DNA of 64,000 nucleotides from Gammaproteobacteria bacterium (lineage in GTDB: Bacteria; Pseudomonadota; Gammaproteobacteria; Steroidobacterales; Steroidobacteraceae), in assembly GCA_027365225.1 (NCBI GenBank), contig DAHXNV010000010.1:11487-75486 (forward strand). The letters run 5' to 3'. Positions 18,252 through 26,446 of this stretch are shown one piece after another. Made by a program: the position numbers and the translations under genes. Each line of letters begins with the position of its first letter. The stretch's first letter is position 1. Under the pieces are notes generated by a model. It made no database searches. It was not told the DNA's origin and saw only the letters and a program-made list of their open reading frames with translations.

Positions 18252-18671
18252 TCAGCTGATGCGGTATTTGCGTTCGGCCCGGACGTACAGCGCCCGCCAG
18301 AGCACACGGTCGAGCGTCACCCCGATCGCGCTCATCCCCGCGATCCCGAGCACCGTGCGCGCCAAGCTCCCTGCGGCACTCGCCCCGGCAATGTACGCGC
18401 CCCGGCCGGCGGCCACCAGAGGGTGCTGGCCCCAGTTGGCCGCCTCCGCCACGCTGCTCATGTTCCACGCGCCGCCACCCAGCCAGCCCTCCACCCCGAA
18501 GTCGCTCCCCACCTCCGCCGCCTCGCTCGCGAGCGAGGAGGCGCCAGCGATGAGGCCGAGCAGTGCGCCAGCTCCCAACGGCGCGGAAAGCACCGCCGTC
18601 GCAAAACGAAACTCGGCAGCCGCTCGGTGCTCATCGGGGCAAGTGTGCCCGACCGGCATTACAATTGGCAC
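18252..18671 (-). CDS. Hypothetical Gly/Ala-rich membrane protein
   Basis: 139-aa ORF with G/C-rich third codon positions and glycine-zipper-like segments (APLGAGALLGLIAGASSLA; VLGIAGMSAIGV). The start is uncertain and no family was recognised. Confidence 0.4.
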   Translation of the reverse strand: MPIVMPVGHTCPDEHRAAAEFRFATAVLSAPLGAGALLGLIAGASSLASEAAEVGSDFGVEGWLGGGAWNMSSVAEAANWGQHPLVAAGRGAYIAGASAAGSLARTVLGIAGMSAIGVTLDRVLWRALYVRAERKYRIS

Positions 18672-18724
18672 CGCTCGCGCGCGCCTACGGTAACATTCGC
18701 CATCGCCTCCTCGAGCGTGCGACC

Positions 18725-19099
18725 ATGAAAACCCCCAGTTCAGTGCTCATATGTGCCGTGGTGCTCGCCGCGCTGTGCGCGCCGGCCGCGCCGGCCGCCC
18801 CCCCCGGCCACCTCTCCCGGGACCTGCACCGCGTCGGCCATGACATCGCGCGCGACGCCCAGACCGTCGGCCACCGCGTTGCCCACGCCTCGCGCCGCCT
18901 CGCCCACACCGTCAGGCGCGACACCCGCCCGGCGCGCCATCGCATCAAGCACGACTCGGTGCGGACCGGACACACCATCGCGCACACCGCCAAACGATTC
19001 GGCCACGCCGTGGCGCACGGTGCGAAGCGGGTCGCGCATACCGTGGTGCACGCGGCTCGCCGGGCCGGGCGCGCGCTGCGCCGGCACACGCCGCACTAG
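18725..19099 (+). CDS. Secreted His-rich hendecad-repeat protein
   Basis: An internal ATG gives the signal peptide MKTPSSVLICAVVLAALCAPAAPA, followed by eight consecutive 11-residue units. The stop is 6 nt before the halogenase ATG. Confidence 0.6.
   Translation: MKTPSSVLICAVVLAALCAPAAPAAPPGHLSRDLHRVGHDIARDAQTVGHRVAHASRRLAHTVRRDTRPARHRIKHDSVRTGHTIAHTAKRFGHAVAHGAKRVAHTVVHAARRAGRALRRHTPH
18833..19096 (+). repeat. 8 x 33-nt (11-aa) protein-level repeats, His at positions 3 and 7
   Basis: The units are VGHDIARDAQT / VGHRVAHASRR / LAHTVRRDTRP / ARHRIKHDSVR / TGHTIAHTAKR / FGHAVAHGAKR / VAHTVVHAARR / AGRALRRHTPH. Confidence 0.8.
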
Positions 19100-19104
19100 G
19101 ACCC

Positions 19105-20421
19105 ATGGGGAGCAGCGGCCCGGACGGCTCGCAGGCGTGCTACTGCGATGTGCTGATCGTCGGCGGCGGGCCCGCCGGCGCCAGCGCCGCGGCGGTGCTC
19201 GCCGAGCGCGGCCATCGGGTCGTGCTGCTGGAGAAAGCCCGCCATCCGCGCTTCCACATCGGCGAGTCGCTCTTACCGGCCAACCTGCCGCTGTTCGATC
19301 GGCTCGGGGTCGGCGAGTCGATCCGCGCCATCGGCGTGCCGAAACGCGGCGCGCAGTTCCATGTGCCGCACGCGCCGGCCGCACGCCGCTTCGCGTTCGC
19401 CGACAGTTTCAACAAGGAGTTGGCGCTGGCCTATCAGGTGCGCCGCTCGCAGTTCGATGAGATCCTGATCCGGCGCGCCGGCGCACTCGGGGCACACGTG
19501 CTCGAGGCATGCCGCGCGCAGGCAGTGGACTTCACCGATCCGCACCGCGTCCACGTGCACGCCGAGCAGGCCGGCGTCGCCCGCACGTTCGCGGCGCGCT
19601 ACCTGGTCGACGCCTCCGGCCGCGACACCTTTCTCGGTAACCGCCTCGGTAACAAGCGGCGCGACCGCCGGCACGCCAGCTGCGCGATGTTTGCGCACTT
19701 CACCGGCGCGCCGCGCGATGCGGACGAGACGCGCGGCGGGGACATCCTGGTCTTCTGGATCGATCAGGGGTGGCTGTGGCTGATCCCGCTGGCCGACGGC
19801 GTGAGCAGCGTCGGGGCGGTCGTCTGGCCTTCCTACATGAAAAGTCGCCGCCAGGACTTGCGCGCATTCTTCCTCGCCACGATCGCGCGCGCGCCGCAGT
19901 TGAGCGAGCGCTTAGCCACCGCGCGCCTCGCCACCGAGGTCGAGGCGACCGGCAGTTACAGCTACCGCTGCACACGCGCACACGGCGAGCGCCACCTGGT
20001 GATCGGCGATGCCTACTCGTTCGTCGATCCGGTGTTCTCCTCCGGGGTGCTGTTCGCCATGGTCGGGGGAATCGCCGCGGCCGAAGCGCTCGATGTGTGC
20101 CTGCGCGAGCCGCACCGGCGGCGCGCGGCGCTGCGGCGCTTCGAGCACACGGTGCGCCTCGGGCCGCGCCGCTTCGCCTGGTTCATCCACCGCATGACCC
20201 GCCCGGCGATGCAGGCGCTGTTCATGGCGCCGGGCGATGCGCTGCGGATGCGTGCCGCACTGCTGTCGCTCCTGTCCGGCGATATCTTCGCCGACACGCC
20301 CTTCTGGCCGGCGCTGCGGGCCTTCCAGGGCACGTATTTCCTCACCGCCCTGACGATGCCTTACCGCTCGCTGCGCGCCCTGGCGCGCCGCGCGCGCGAG
20401 GCGCGCATAGCCGCTCACTGA
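19105..20421 (+). CDS. Flavin-dependent halogenase
   Basis: FAD motif VLIVGGGPAGASAA and the halogenase signature WxWxIP (GWLWLIPL). Confidence 0.8.
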   Translation: MGSSGPDGSQACYCDVLIVGGGPAGASAAAVLAERGHRVVLLEKARHPRFHIGESLLPANLPLFDRLGVGESIRAIGVPKRGAQFHVPHAPAARRFAFADSFNKELALAYQVRRSQFDEILIRRAGALGAHVLEACRAQAVDFTDPHRVHVHAEQAGVARTFAARYLVDASGRDTFLGNRLGNKRRDRRHASCAMFAHFTGAPRDADETRGGDILVFWIDQGWLWLIPLADGVSSVGAVVWPSYMKSRRQDLRAFFLATIARAPQLSERLATARLATEVEATGSYSYRCTRAHGERHLVIGDAYSFVDPVFSSGVLFAMVGGIAAAEALDVCLREPHRRRAALRRFEHTVRLGPRRFAWFIHRMTRPAMQALFMAPGDALRMRAALLSLLSGDIFADTPFWPALRAFQGTYFLTALTMPYRSLRALARRAREARIAAH

Positions 20422-21407
20422 TGCGCATGCGACTGGAGTACGTCGAGTCCGAGCGCGCGCGCGAGGGCTGGAGCGACGCCCTCGGCGCGGCCGTGTTCGG
20501 CGCCGATCCGCTCGGGGTGCCGATCCCGCCCGAGGTTCCCCACCTGGCCGTGCACATGCCGGTGCTCGCCGGTCCGGGGCACTGGATCGAGCGCTGGCGC
20601 ACCGGCGAGCCGCCACGCTACGGCCGCGCCGGCGCGGTGCACCTCGCCTGCGCCGGCGCGCTCGCCTTCGGTGCGCTCAGCGCCGAGGAGCCCCCCGAGC
20701 CGCCCGCGGGTGTCTTGGGGCTCGAGGCGGCCACCGAGTGGGCCTACGGACAGATCCAGGCGGCCCTTGCCGCCAGCGGCTGCCGGCATCTGGTGCGGGT
20801 CTGGAACTACCTGCCGCGCATCAATGCTCACACCGGCGGGCTCGAGCGCTACCAGCAATTCAACGGCGCGCGCCGGCGGGCGCTGCTCTCGAGCGGCCGG
20901 CTGACCCGCGGCCCGGTGCCGGCGGCGAGCGCCCTCGGCTGCGGCCACGGCCCGCTGTCGATCTATTTTCTGGCCGCGCGCGAGGCGCCGCGCTTCATCG
21001 AGAACCCCCGCCAGGTGAGTGCCTATCACTATCCTCGGCAATACGGCCCGCAAGCGCCGATCTTCTCGCGCGCGACGCTGCTCGAGGCCGCCGAGGGGGC
21101 GCGGCTGTTCATCTCGGGCACCTCGAGCATCGTCGGCCATCGCACCCTGCACGCCGGGGATCCGGCGGCACAGACCCGCGAGACGCTGACCAACATCGAG
21201 GCGCTGCTCGCGCAGGCTCGGCCGTTCACCCTCGAGCGCCTCACCTACAAGATCTACGTGCGCAATGCGGCCGACCTGCCGCGGGTGCAGCGGGAGGTCG
21301 ACGCCGCGCTCGGCCCGCGCCCGCCACGGGTGTATCTGCAGGCCGAGGTCTGCCGCGCGGATCTGGCGGTCGAGATCGAGGCGACCGGCGGCTGCGGCGA
21401 ACCCTGA
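20421..21407 (+). CDS. Chorismatase (FkbO/Hyg5/XanB2-type hydroxybenzoate synthase)
   Basis: The start MRMRLEYVE overlaps the halogenase stop (TGATG). The C-terminal RidA/YjgF-like part is FISGTSSIVGHRTLHAGDPAAQTRETLTNIEALL...AVEIEA. Its position matches xanB2 in xanthomonadin clusters. Confidence 0.7.
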   Translation: MRMRLEYVESERAREGWSDALGAAVFGADPLGVPIPPEVPHLAVHMPVLAGPGHWIERWRTGEPPRYGRAGAVHLACAGALAFGALSAEEPPEPPAGVLGLEAATEWAYGQIQAALAASGCRHLVRVWNYLPRINAHTGGLERYQQFNGARRRALLSSGRLTRGPVPAASALGCGHGPLSIYFLAAREAPRFIENPRQVSAYHYPRQYGPQAPIFSRATLLEAAEGARLFISGTSSIVGHRTLHAGDPAAQTRETLTNIEALLAQARPFTLERLTYKIYVRNAADLPRVQREVDAALGPRPPRVYLQAEVCRADLAVEIEATGGCGEP

Positions 21408-21426
21408 GAGCGAGACAGGGGCCGTC

Positions 21427-22191
21427 ATGCTGAAGCGGCTGCGGGAGTACCTGGTGACGTATGGCCTGCTCGCCACGCTCACGGCGATGATCCTCGCCTG
21501 GACGGTGCTCGCGCTCGTGCTACTCACGCCCCTGCGCGCGCCGCGGCGCCGCGCCGCGGCGCGCTACACGATGATGGCGGGCTTTCGGCTCTTCACCCGC
21601 CTGCTCACCGCCCTGGGCGCCTATCGGCTCGAGCTGACGGCGCTCGATGCGCTCGCGCACGAGCCCGGAGTGATCCTCGCCCCGAACCATCCGAGCGCCT
21701 TCGATGCGATCCTGCTGCTCACCCGCCATCCGAACCTCGCCTGCATCCTCAAGCCGGCGCTGCTCGGACATCCGTTGCTTGGCGCCGGGGCGCGCCTGGC
21801 GGGGTTCATCAGCACCGAGCCGCCGCGGCAGATGGTGCGCGCGGCGATCGCCGAGCTCGCCTGCGGCGCGGGCGTGCTGTTGTTTCCCGAAGGTACACGC
21901 ACCGCGCGCTCGCCGGTCAACCCGCTCACCACCAGCGCCGCGGTGATCGCCAAGCACGCCGGCGCCCCGATCCAAGTGGTGATCATCGAGACCGACTCGC
22001 CCTACCTCGGCAAGGCCTGGCCGGCGCTGAAAGCCCCGCGCCTGCCCATCCTGTACCGCGCGCGCCTGGGACGGCGCATCCCCCCGCCCCGGGACGTCAC
22101 CGAGTGCACGCGCCTGCTCGAGGGCGAATATGCCACCGAGCTCGCCGCGGCGCCGCAACGGGCCTGGATACCCCGGGAGCCGCGCCGGTGA
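21427..22191 (+). CDS. PlsC-family lysophospholipid acyltransferase
   Basis: N-terminal TM, an HX4D-type motif NHPSAFD, and FPEGTRT. Confidence 0.75.
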   Translation: MLKRLREYLVTYGLLATLTAMILAWTVLALVLLTPLRAPRRRAAARYTMMAGFRLFTRLLTALGAYRLELTALDALAHEPGVILAPNHPSAFDAILLLTRHPNLACILKPALLGHPLLGAGARLAGFISTEPPRQMVRAAIAELACGAGVLLFPEGTRTARSPVNPLTTSAAVIAKHAGAPIQVVIIETDSPYLGKAWPALKAPRLPILYRARLGRRIPPPRDVTECTRLLEGEYATELAAAPQRAWIPREPRR

Positions 22192-22949
22192 GCGATCTGT
22201 CGCACACCCACCTGGTGTTGATTCCGAGCTTCAACCCCGGCGCGAAGGTCTTCGAGACCGTGCGGGCCGCCCGCGCGCAATGGGCGCCGGTGTGGGTGGT
22301 GGTGGACGGCAGCACAGACGGCACCGGCGCGCAGCTGCAGGCGCTCGCGGCGCAGGATCCGCACCTCACGGTGCTCACGCACGCGCGCAACTGCGGCAAG
22401 GGCGCTGCCCTGCTGACCGGATTCACCGCGGCGCTGGCCCACGGCTACACACACGCGTTGACGATGGATTCAGATGGCCAACACCCCGCCGAATGCATCC
22501 GGGAGTTCATGCACGCTTCACGGGCACGGCCCGAGGCCATGGTGCTCGGGGTGCCGCGCTTCGATGCGAGCGCACCGGCCGTGCGGGTGCGCGGCCGGCG
22601 CATCTCGAACTGGTGGGCCGATCTGGAGACGCTCGGGGCGGGGATCGAGGACTCCCTGTTCGGCTTTCGGGTCTATCCCCTCGCGCCCCTGGTGGGGCTG
22701 ATGCGTGGGCGGCGCGGTATGCGACGGTTCGACTTCGACGTGGCGGCGGCCGTGCGCCTGAGCTGGCTCGGGGTGCCGGCTGTGAACCGGCCCGCCCCCG
22801 TGCGCTACTTCACGGCCGCCGAGGGCGGTGTGTCGCATTTCCGCTACGGGCGGGACAATGCGCTGCTCGCGGCCATGCATACCCGGCTCGTCTGCGGATT
22901 TCTCGCCCGCCTGCCGCGGCTGATGGCGCGCCGGCGGCCGGCCGGCTGA
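22188..22949 (+). CDS. Family-2 glycosyltransferase
   Basis: The GTG start overlaps the previous stop. Contains LIPSFNPG...VVDGSTDGT and MDSDGQHP (DxD-type). Confidence 0.75.
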   Translation: MSDLSHTHLVLIPSFNPGAKVFETVRAARAQWAPVWVVVDGSTDGTGAQLQALAAQDPHLTVLTHARNCGKGAALLTGFTAALAHGYTHALTMDSDGQHPAECIREFMHASRARPEAMVLGVPRFDASAPAVRVRGRRISNWWADLETLGAGIEDSLFGFRVYPLAPLVGLMRGRRGMRRFDFDVAAAVRLSWLGVPAVNRPAPVRYFTAAEGGVSHFRYGRDNALLAAMHTRLVCGFLARLPRLMARRRPAG

Positions 22950-22979
22950 ACCGCGCGTCGCAGTCTGGCGTCGATTGTC

Positions 22980-23006
22980 TTGCGACCCGGCGCCACCCTG
23001 TATAAT
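22980..23006 (+). promoter_or_regulatory. Possible internal promoter upstream of the ACP gene
   Basis: A perfect TATAAT at 23001-23006 sits in a 96-nt intergenic gap of a GC-rich genome. TTGCGA at 22980-22985 has only a 15-nt spacer, so the -35 element is weak. Confidence 0.25.
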
Positions 23007-23045
23007 TCTGCCTTTACGGTAGCCAAGCTCGAGCGATTCCATTCG

Positions 23046-23339
23046 ATGTGTGAACTTGCCTCAACCTTGCCGGCCCTCGATGCCGACGCGCTCGAAAGCG
23101 AGCTCGCCGAGCTGATCGTTGCGGCGCTCAATCTGGATGTGCCCGCCGCCCAGATCGATCCGCAGGCGCGCCTCTACGGCGAGGGACTCGGTCTCGACTC
23201 GATCGACATCCTGGAGATCGCGCTCTTGGTCTCGAAGCAGTATGGGGTGCAGCTGCGCGCCGACGGTGCCGAGAACACGCAGGTCTTCGCCTCGCTGCGC
23301 CATCTGGCCGCATACGTCGCGGCACACCGGACGAAGTAG
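23046..23339 (+). CDS. Acyl carrier protein
   Basis: 97 aa with the phosphopantetheine attachment motif GLGLDSIDILE. Confidence 0.8.
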   Translation: MCELASTLPALDADALESELAELIVAALNLDVPAAQIDPQARLYGEGLGLDSIDILEIALLVSKQYGVQLRADGAENTQVFASLRHLAAYVAAHRTK

Positions 23340-23342
23340 CCT

Positions 23343-24677
23343 CTGGCCACGCAGTCGCTGATCGCACATTCGAGTCCGGAGGCGATATTCGCCTATCGTG
23401 CCGGCCGTCCGATCCGCGCCGCCGAATTCCTCGCCGAGGCCCACGCGCTCGCCGCGGTCCTGCCGGCCGGCGGTCACGTCATCAACGTCTGCGCCGACCG
23501 CTACCGGTTTGCCGTCGGGCTCGGCGCGGCCCTGCTCACCGGCAAGGTGAGCCTGCTGCCCCCGAGCCACGCGCCCGAGGCGATCCGCCAGCTCAAATCG
23601 TTCGCCCCCGACGTGTTCTGCCTGACCGACATGCCCTGCGACCTGGATATGACCCAGATGCGCTATCCGCACCTGCCGCGCATCGAGCGGCCGTGGCAGG
23701 TGCCGGCCATCGATGCGGCAAGGACAGTCGCCTGCGTGTTCACGTCCGGCTCCACGGGCCTGCCCGTGCCGCACGCCAAGACGTGGGGCCGGCTCATCGA
23801 GTGCGTGCTCGAGGGCGCGCGGCGGCTCGAGGTGAGCGCCGCGACGGCGCTGCTGGCGACCGTGCCGGCGCAGCACATGTATGGGTTCGAGTCGAGTGTG
23901 CTGCTGCCGTGGGCGAGCGGCGCGGCGCTGTGCGCGGAGCGGCCGTTCTATCCGGCCGATGTCTGTCACGCGCTGCAATCGCTCCCGCGCCCACGCGTGC
24001 TGATCACGACGCCGATCCATCTGCGCGCCCTCATGGCCTATCCGGACACGCTGCCCGCGGCGGACCTGATCGTCTCGGCCACCTCGCCTCTCAGTCAGGC
24101 GTTGGCCGAACAGGCCGAGACCCGCTTCCGGGGGCCGGTGCGCGAGATCTACGGCTCGACCGAGACCGGCCAGCTGGCCACGCGCGCGAGCGCGCGCGAG
24201 CTGGCCTGGCGTCTCTGGCCCGGCATCGCGCTCACGCCCGAGGCCGGGCGTGTCTGGGCCCGCGGCGGGCACCTCGAGCAGCCGACGGCGCTCGGCGACC
24301 AGATCGAGCCGCTCGACGCCGAGCACTTCCTGCTGCACGGCCGGCTGGCGGATCTGGTCAACATCGCCGGCAAGCGCAGCTCCCTCGCCTACCTCACGCA
24401 TCAGCTGCTCGGCATCCCGGGCGTGCACGACGGCGCCTACTTCGTGCCCGGCGGCGAGCGGGCCGCCGAGCCCGGCCCGGCGCGGGTGGCCGCCGCGGCC
24501 GTGGCCCCCGGACTGAGCGCCGCGGACATCCGCGCCGCGCTGCGCGGGCGGATCGACCCGGTGTTCCTGCCGCGCCCGCTGTTGTTGCTCGATCGCCTGC
24601 CGCGCAACAGCACCGGCAAGCTGCCGCAGGAGGCGCTGCGCGCGCTGCTCGGGCCAGCGCCGCGGCCGACCCCATGA
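23343..24677 (+). CDS. Aryl/acyl-AMP ligase (adenylate-forming, XanA2-like); start codon unresolved
   Basis: Contains FTSGSTGLPVPH, EIYGSTETGQ and PRNSTGKLP. The coding-like frame is open directly from the ACP TAG (23337), but the first ATG/GTG/TTG is GTG at 23547. CTG codons occur at 23343 and 23358. Confidence 0.7.
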   Translation: MATQSLIAHSSPEAIFAYRAGRPIRAAEFLAEAHALAAVLPAGGHVINVCADRYRFAVGLGAALLTGKVSLLPPSHAPEAIRQLKSFAPDVFCLTDMPCDLDMTQMRYPHLPRIERPWQVPAIDAARTVACVFTSGSTGLPVPHAKTWGRLIECVLEGARRLEVSAATALLATVPAQHMYGFESSVLLPWASGAALCAERPFYPADVCHALQSLPRPRVLITTPIHLRALMAYPDTLPAADLIVSATSPLSQALAEQAETRFRGPVREIYGSTETGQLATRASARELAWRLWPGIALTPEAGRVWARGGHLEQPTALGDQIEPLDAEHFLLHGRLADLVNIAGKRSSLAYLTHQLLGIPGVHDGAYFVPGGERAAEPGPARVAAAAVAPGLSAADIRAALRGRIDPVFLPRPLLLLDRLPRNSTGKLPQEALRALLGPAPRPTP

Positions 24678-24967
24678 GCCGCATCGCCCTCACGGTGTCG
24701 GCCGACCACCCCGCGTATGAGGGTCATTTCCCCGGCGCGCCCGTGCTGCCCGGCGCCGTCCTGCTCGATGCGGCCATCAACGCGATCGAGACGGCCGAGC
24801 AGCGCACCGGGCGCCCCTGGCGCGTCCCGGCGGTGAAATTTCTCGGCCCGGTCCGCCCGGGCGAGCCGCTCGAGCTGGAATTCCACCGCCTGGAAAGCGG
24901 CGCGATCCGCTTCCAACTCGACAGTCGGGGACGTGCCGTCGCCGATGGCACGCTGAGCGAGCCATGA
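24674..24967 (+). CDS. Hotdog-fold dehydratase (small, ApeI-like)
   Basis: 97 aa containing HPAYEGHFPGAPVLPGAVLLD (FabA/FabZ-type active-site region). It has an ATGA overlap with the ligase. Confidence 0.7.
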   Translation: MSRIALTVSADHPAYEGHFPGAPVLPGAVLLDAAINAIETAEQRTGRPWRVPAVKFLGPVRPGEPLELEFHRLESGAIRFQLDSRGRAVADGTLSEP

Positions 24968-25884
24968 GCGGGTCCGCAGGCATCGGCCGGGCCGCCCGCT
25001 GGGCCGAGCGCCGCGAGCGCGGCAGTCTGGCGTTGCTGCGCCTGATGGCGCGCTTCTCGCTGCGCGTCGGGCGCGGGCCGGCCCGCCCGGTGCTGTACGT
25101 CATCGCCGCGTACTACTTCCTGTTCGCCCCGCGCGCGCGGCGCGCCTCGCGGCGCTACCTCGCCCGGGCACTCGGCCGCCAGCCACGCCCCGGCGAGCGC
25201 TTCCGCCACGTCCTCGCCTTCGCCACCACCATCCACGACCGGGTGTATCTGCTCAGCGGCCGCCTCGATCCGTTCGACCTCGAGATCCACGGTGAGGCGC
25301 TGGTGCGCGAGTACCTTGCCCGCGGCTGCGGCGGCGTGTTGCTCTTCGGGGCTCATCTGGGCAGCTTCGAGATCACGCGCGCGATCGGGCGGCGCTCGGC
25401 GATCCCGCTGGCGATGGCCGCCCATACGCGCAATGCCCGCAAGATCAACGCGGCGCTGGCGGCGATCGACCCGGAGGCGGCCAGTGGCATCGTTGCCCTC
25501 GGGGAAGATCCGTTCGCGCTGCTGAAAGTCGAGCGCCTGCTCGCGCAAGGTGTCTCGGTGGGCATGCTCGCCGACCGGACGCCCCGGGCGCAGGCCTGCG
25601 AGACGGTGAGCTTCCTCGGTGCCCCGGCGCGCTTTCCCACTGGGCCGTTCCGCGCGGCGGCCGTCCTCGGACGGCCTGTGCTGCTGATGATGGGGCTGTA
25701 TCTCGGCGCCAATCGCTATCGGGTGGTGTTCGAGCCGCTGGCGGATTTCACGGCCGTGACCCGCGCGGCGCGCGCCACGGCGGTGCGCGCGGCGATCGAG
25801 CGCTACGCCGCTTCGCTCGAGCGCCATTGCCGCGAGCAACCGTACAACTGGTTCAATTTCTATGACTTCTGGGCGCAGGCCTAG
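24964..25884 (+). CDS. LpxL/HtrB-family (lipid A-type) acyltransferase
   Basis: 306 aa containing LLFGAHLGSFE (HX4E/D motif), MLADR and FLGAPARFPTGP. Confidence 0.7.
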   Translation: MSGSAGIGRAARWAERRERGSLALLRLMARFSLRVGRGPARPVLYVIAAYYFLFAPRARRASRRYLARALGRQPRPGERFRHVLAFATTIHDRVYLLSGRLDPFDLEIHGEALVREYLARGCGGVLLFGAHLGSFEITRAIGRRSAIPLAMAAHTRNARKINAALAAIDPEAASGIVALGEDPFALLKVERLLAQGVSVGMLADRTPRAQACETVSFLGAPARFPTGPFRAAAVLGRPVLLMMGLYLGANRYRVVFEPLADFTAVTRAARATAVRAAIERYAASLERHCREQPYNWFNFYDFWAQA

Positions 25885-26446
25885 GCGCGCCGGCGCGCTG
25901 CTGGCGCTGTGGGCCGCGTGCCTGGCGGCGCACGCAGCCGTTCCGGCCGACTTCACCCGCCTGATGGGCCTGCTCGCGGCGCGCCGCAGTGCTCGCGTGA
26001 GCTTTGTGGCCCGGACCTATGTGCGGGGACTGACGCGCCCGCTGGTGAGCGCGGGCGTGCTCACCTACCGAGCCCCGGACCGTCTCGAGCAGCACACGCT
26101 CACCCCGGTCCCGAGCGAGTTCATTCTCCACGGCGAGCGCCTGACGCTGCGCCGCGGCACGCAGGTGCGCCGCCTCGACGTGCGCGCCTATCCGCAGATC
26201 GCCGTATACGTCTCCGCGCTGCGCGAGACGCTCTCGGGCAACGCCCGGGGGCTCGAGAGGCACTTCGACATCGCCTTCACCGGCACGCTGGCACGGTGGC
26301 AACTGACGCTGCGGCCCAAAGCGCGCCGCGCCCCGGTGAGCCGGATCGTCCTGCGCGGCTCGCGGGCCGACATCCGCGCGATCGAGATCCGCGCGCGCGA
26401 CGGTGGGCGCACGGTGCTGCGCATCGGACCGCCCCCGCCGTCATGA
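25862..26446 (+). CDS. LolA-like outer-membrane lipoprotein carrier family protein
   Basis: Signal peptide RRAGALLALWAACLAAHA, ~190 aa. Its position before the MMPL exporter matches other aryl-polyene clusters. Confidence 0.55.
   Translation: MTSGRRPRRAGALLALWAACLAAHAAVPADFTRLMGLLAARRSARVSFVARTYVRGLTRPLVSAGVLTYRAPDRLEQHTLTPVPSEFILHGERLTLRRGTQVRRLDVRAYPQIAVYVSALRETLSGNARGLERHFDIAFTGTLARWQLTLRPKARRAPVSRIVLRGSRADIRAIEIRARDGGRTVLRIGPPPPS

Noticed and set aside
19770-20420. N-terminal 217 codons of ORF 19770-21407
   Set aside because: This part overlaps the halogenase gene out of frame. The chorismatase homology begins at the ATG at 20421.
22980-23045. Longer ACP start (ORF begins at 22980)
   Set aside because: The extra 22 residues (MRPGATLYNSAFTVAKLERFHS) are not ACP-like, and they would overlap the TATAAT element. 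ATG 23046 is preferred, but this is not certain.
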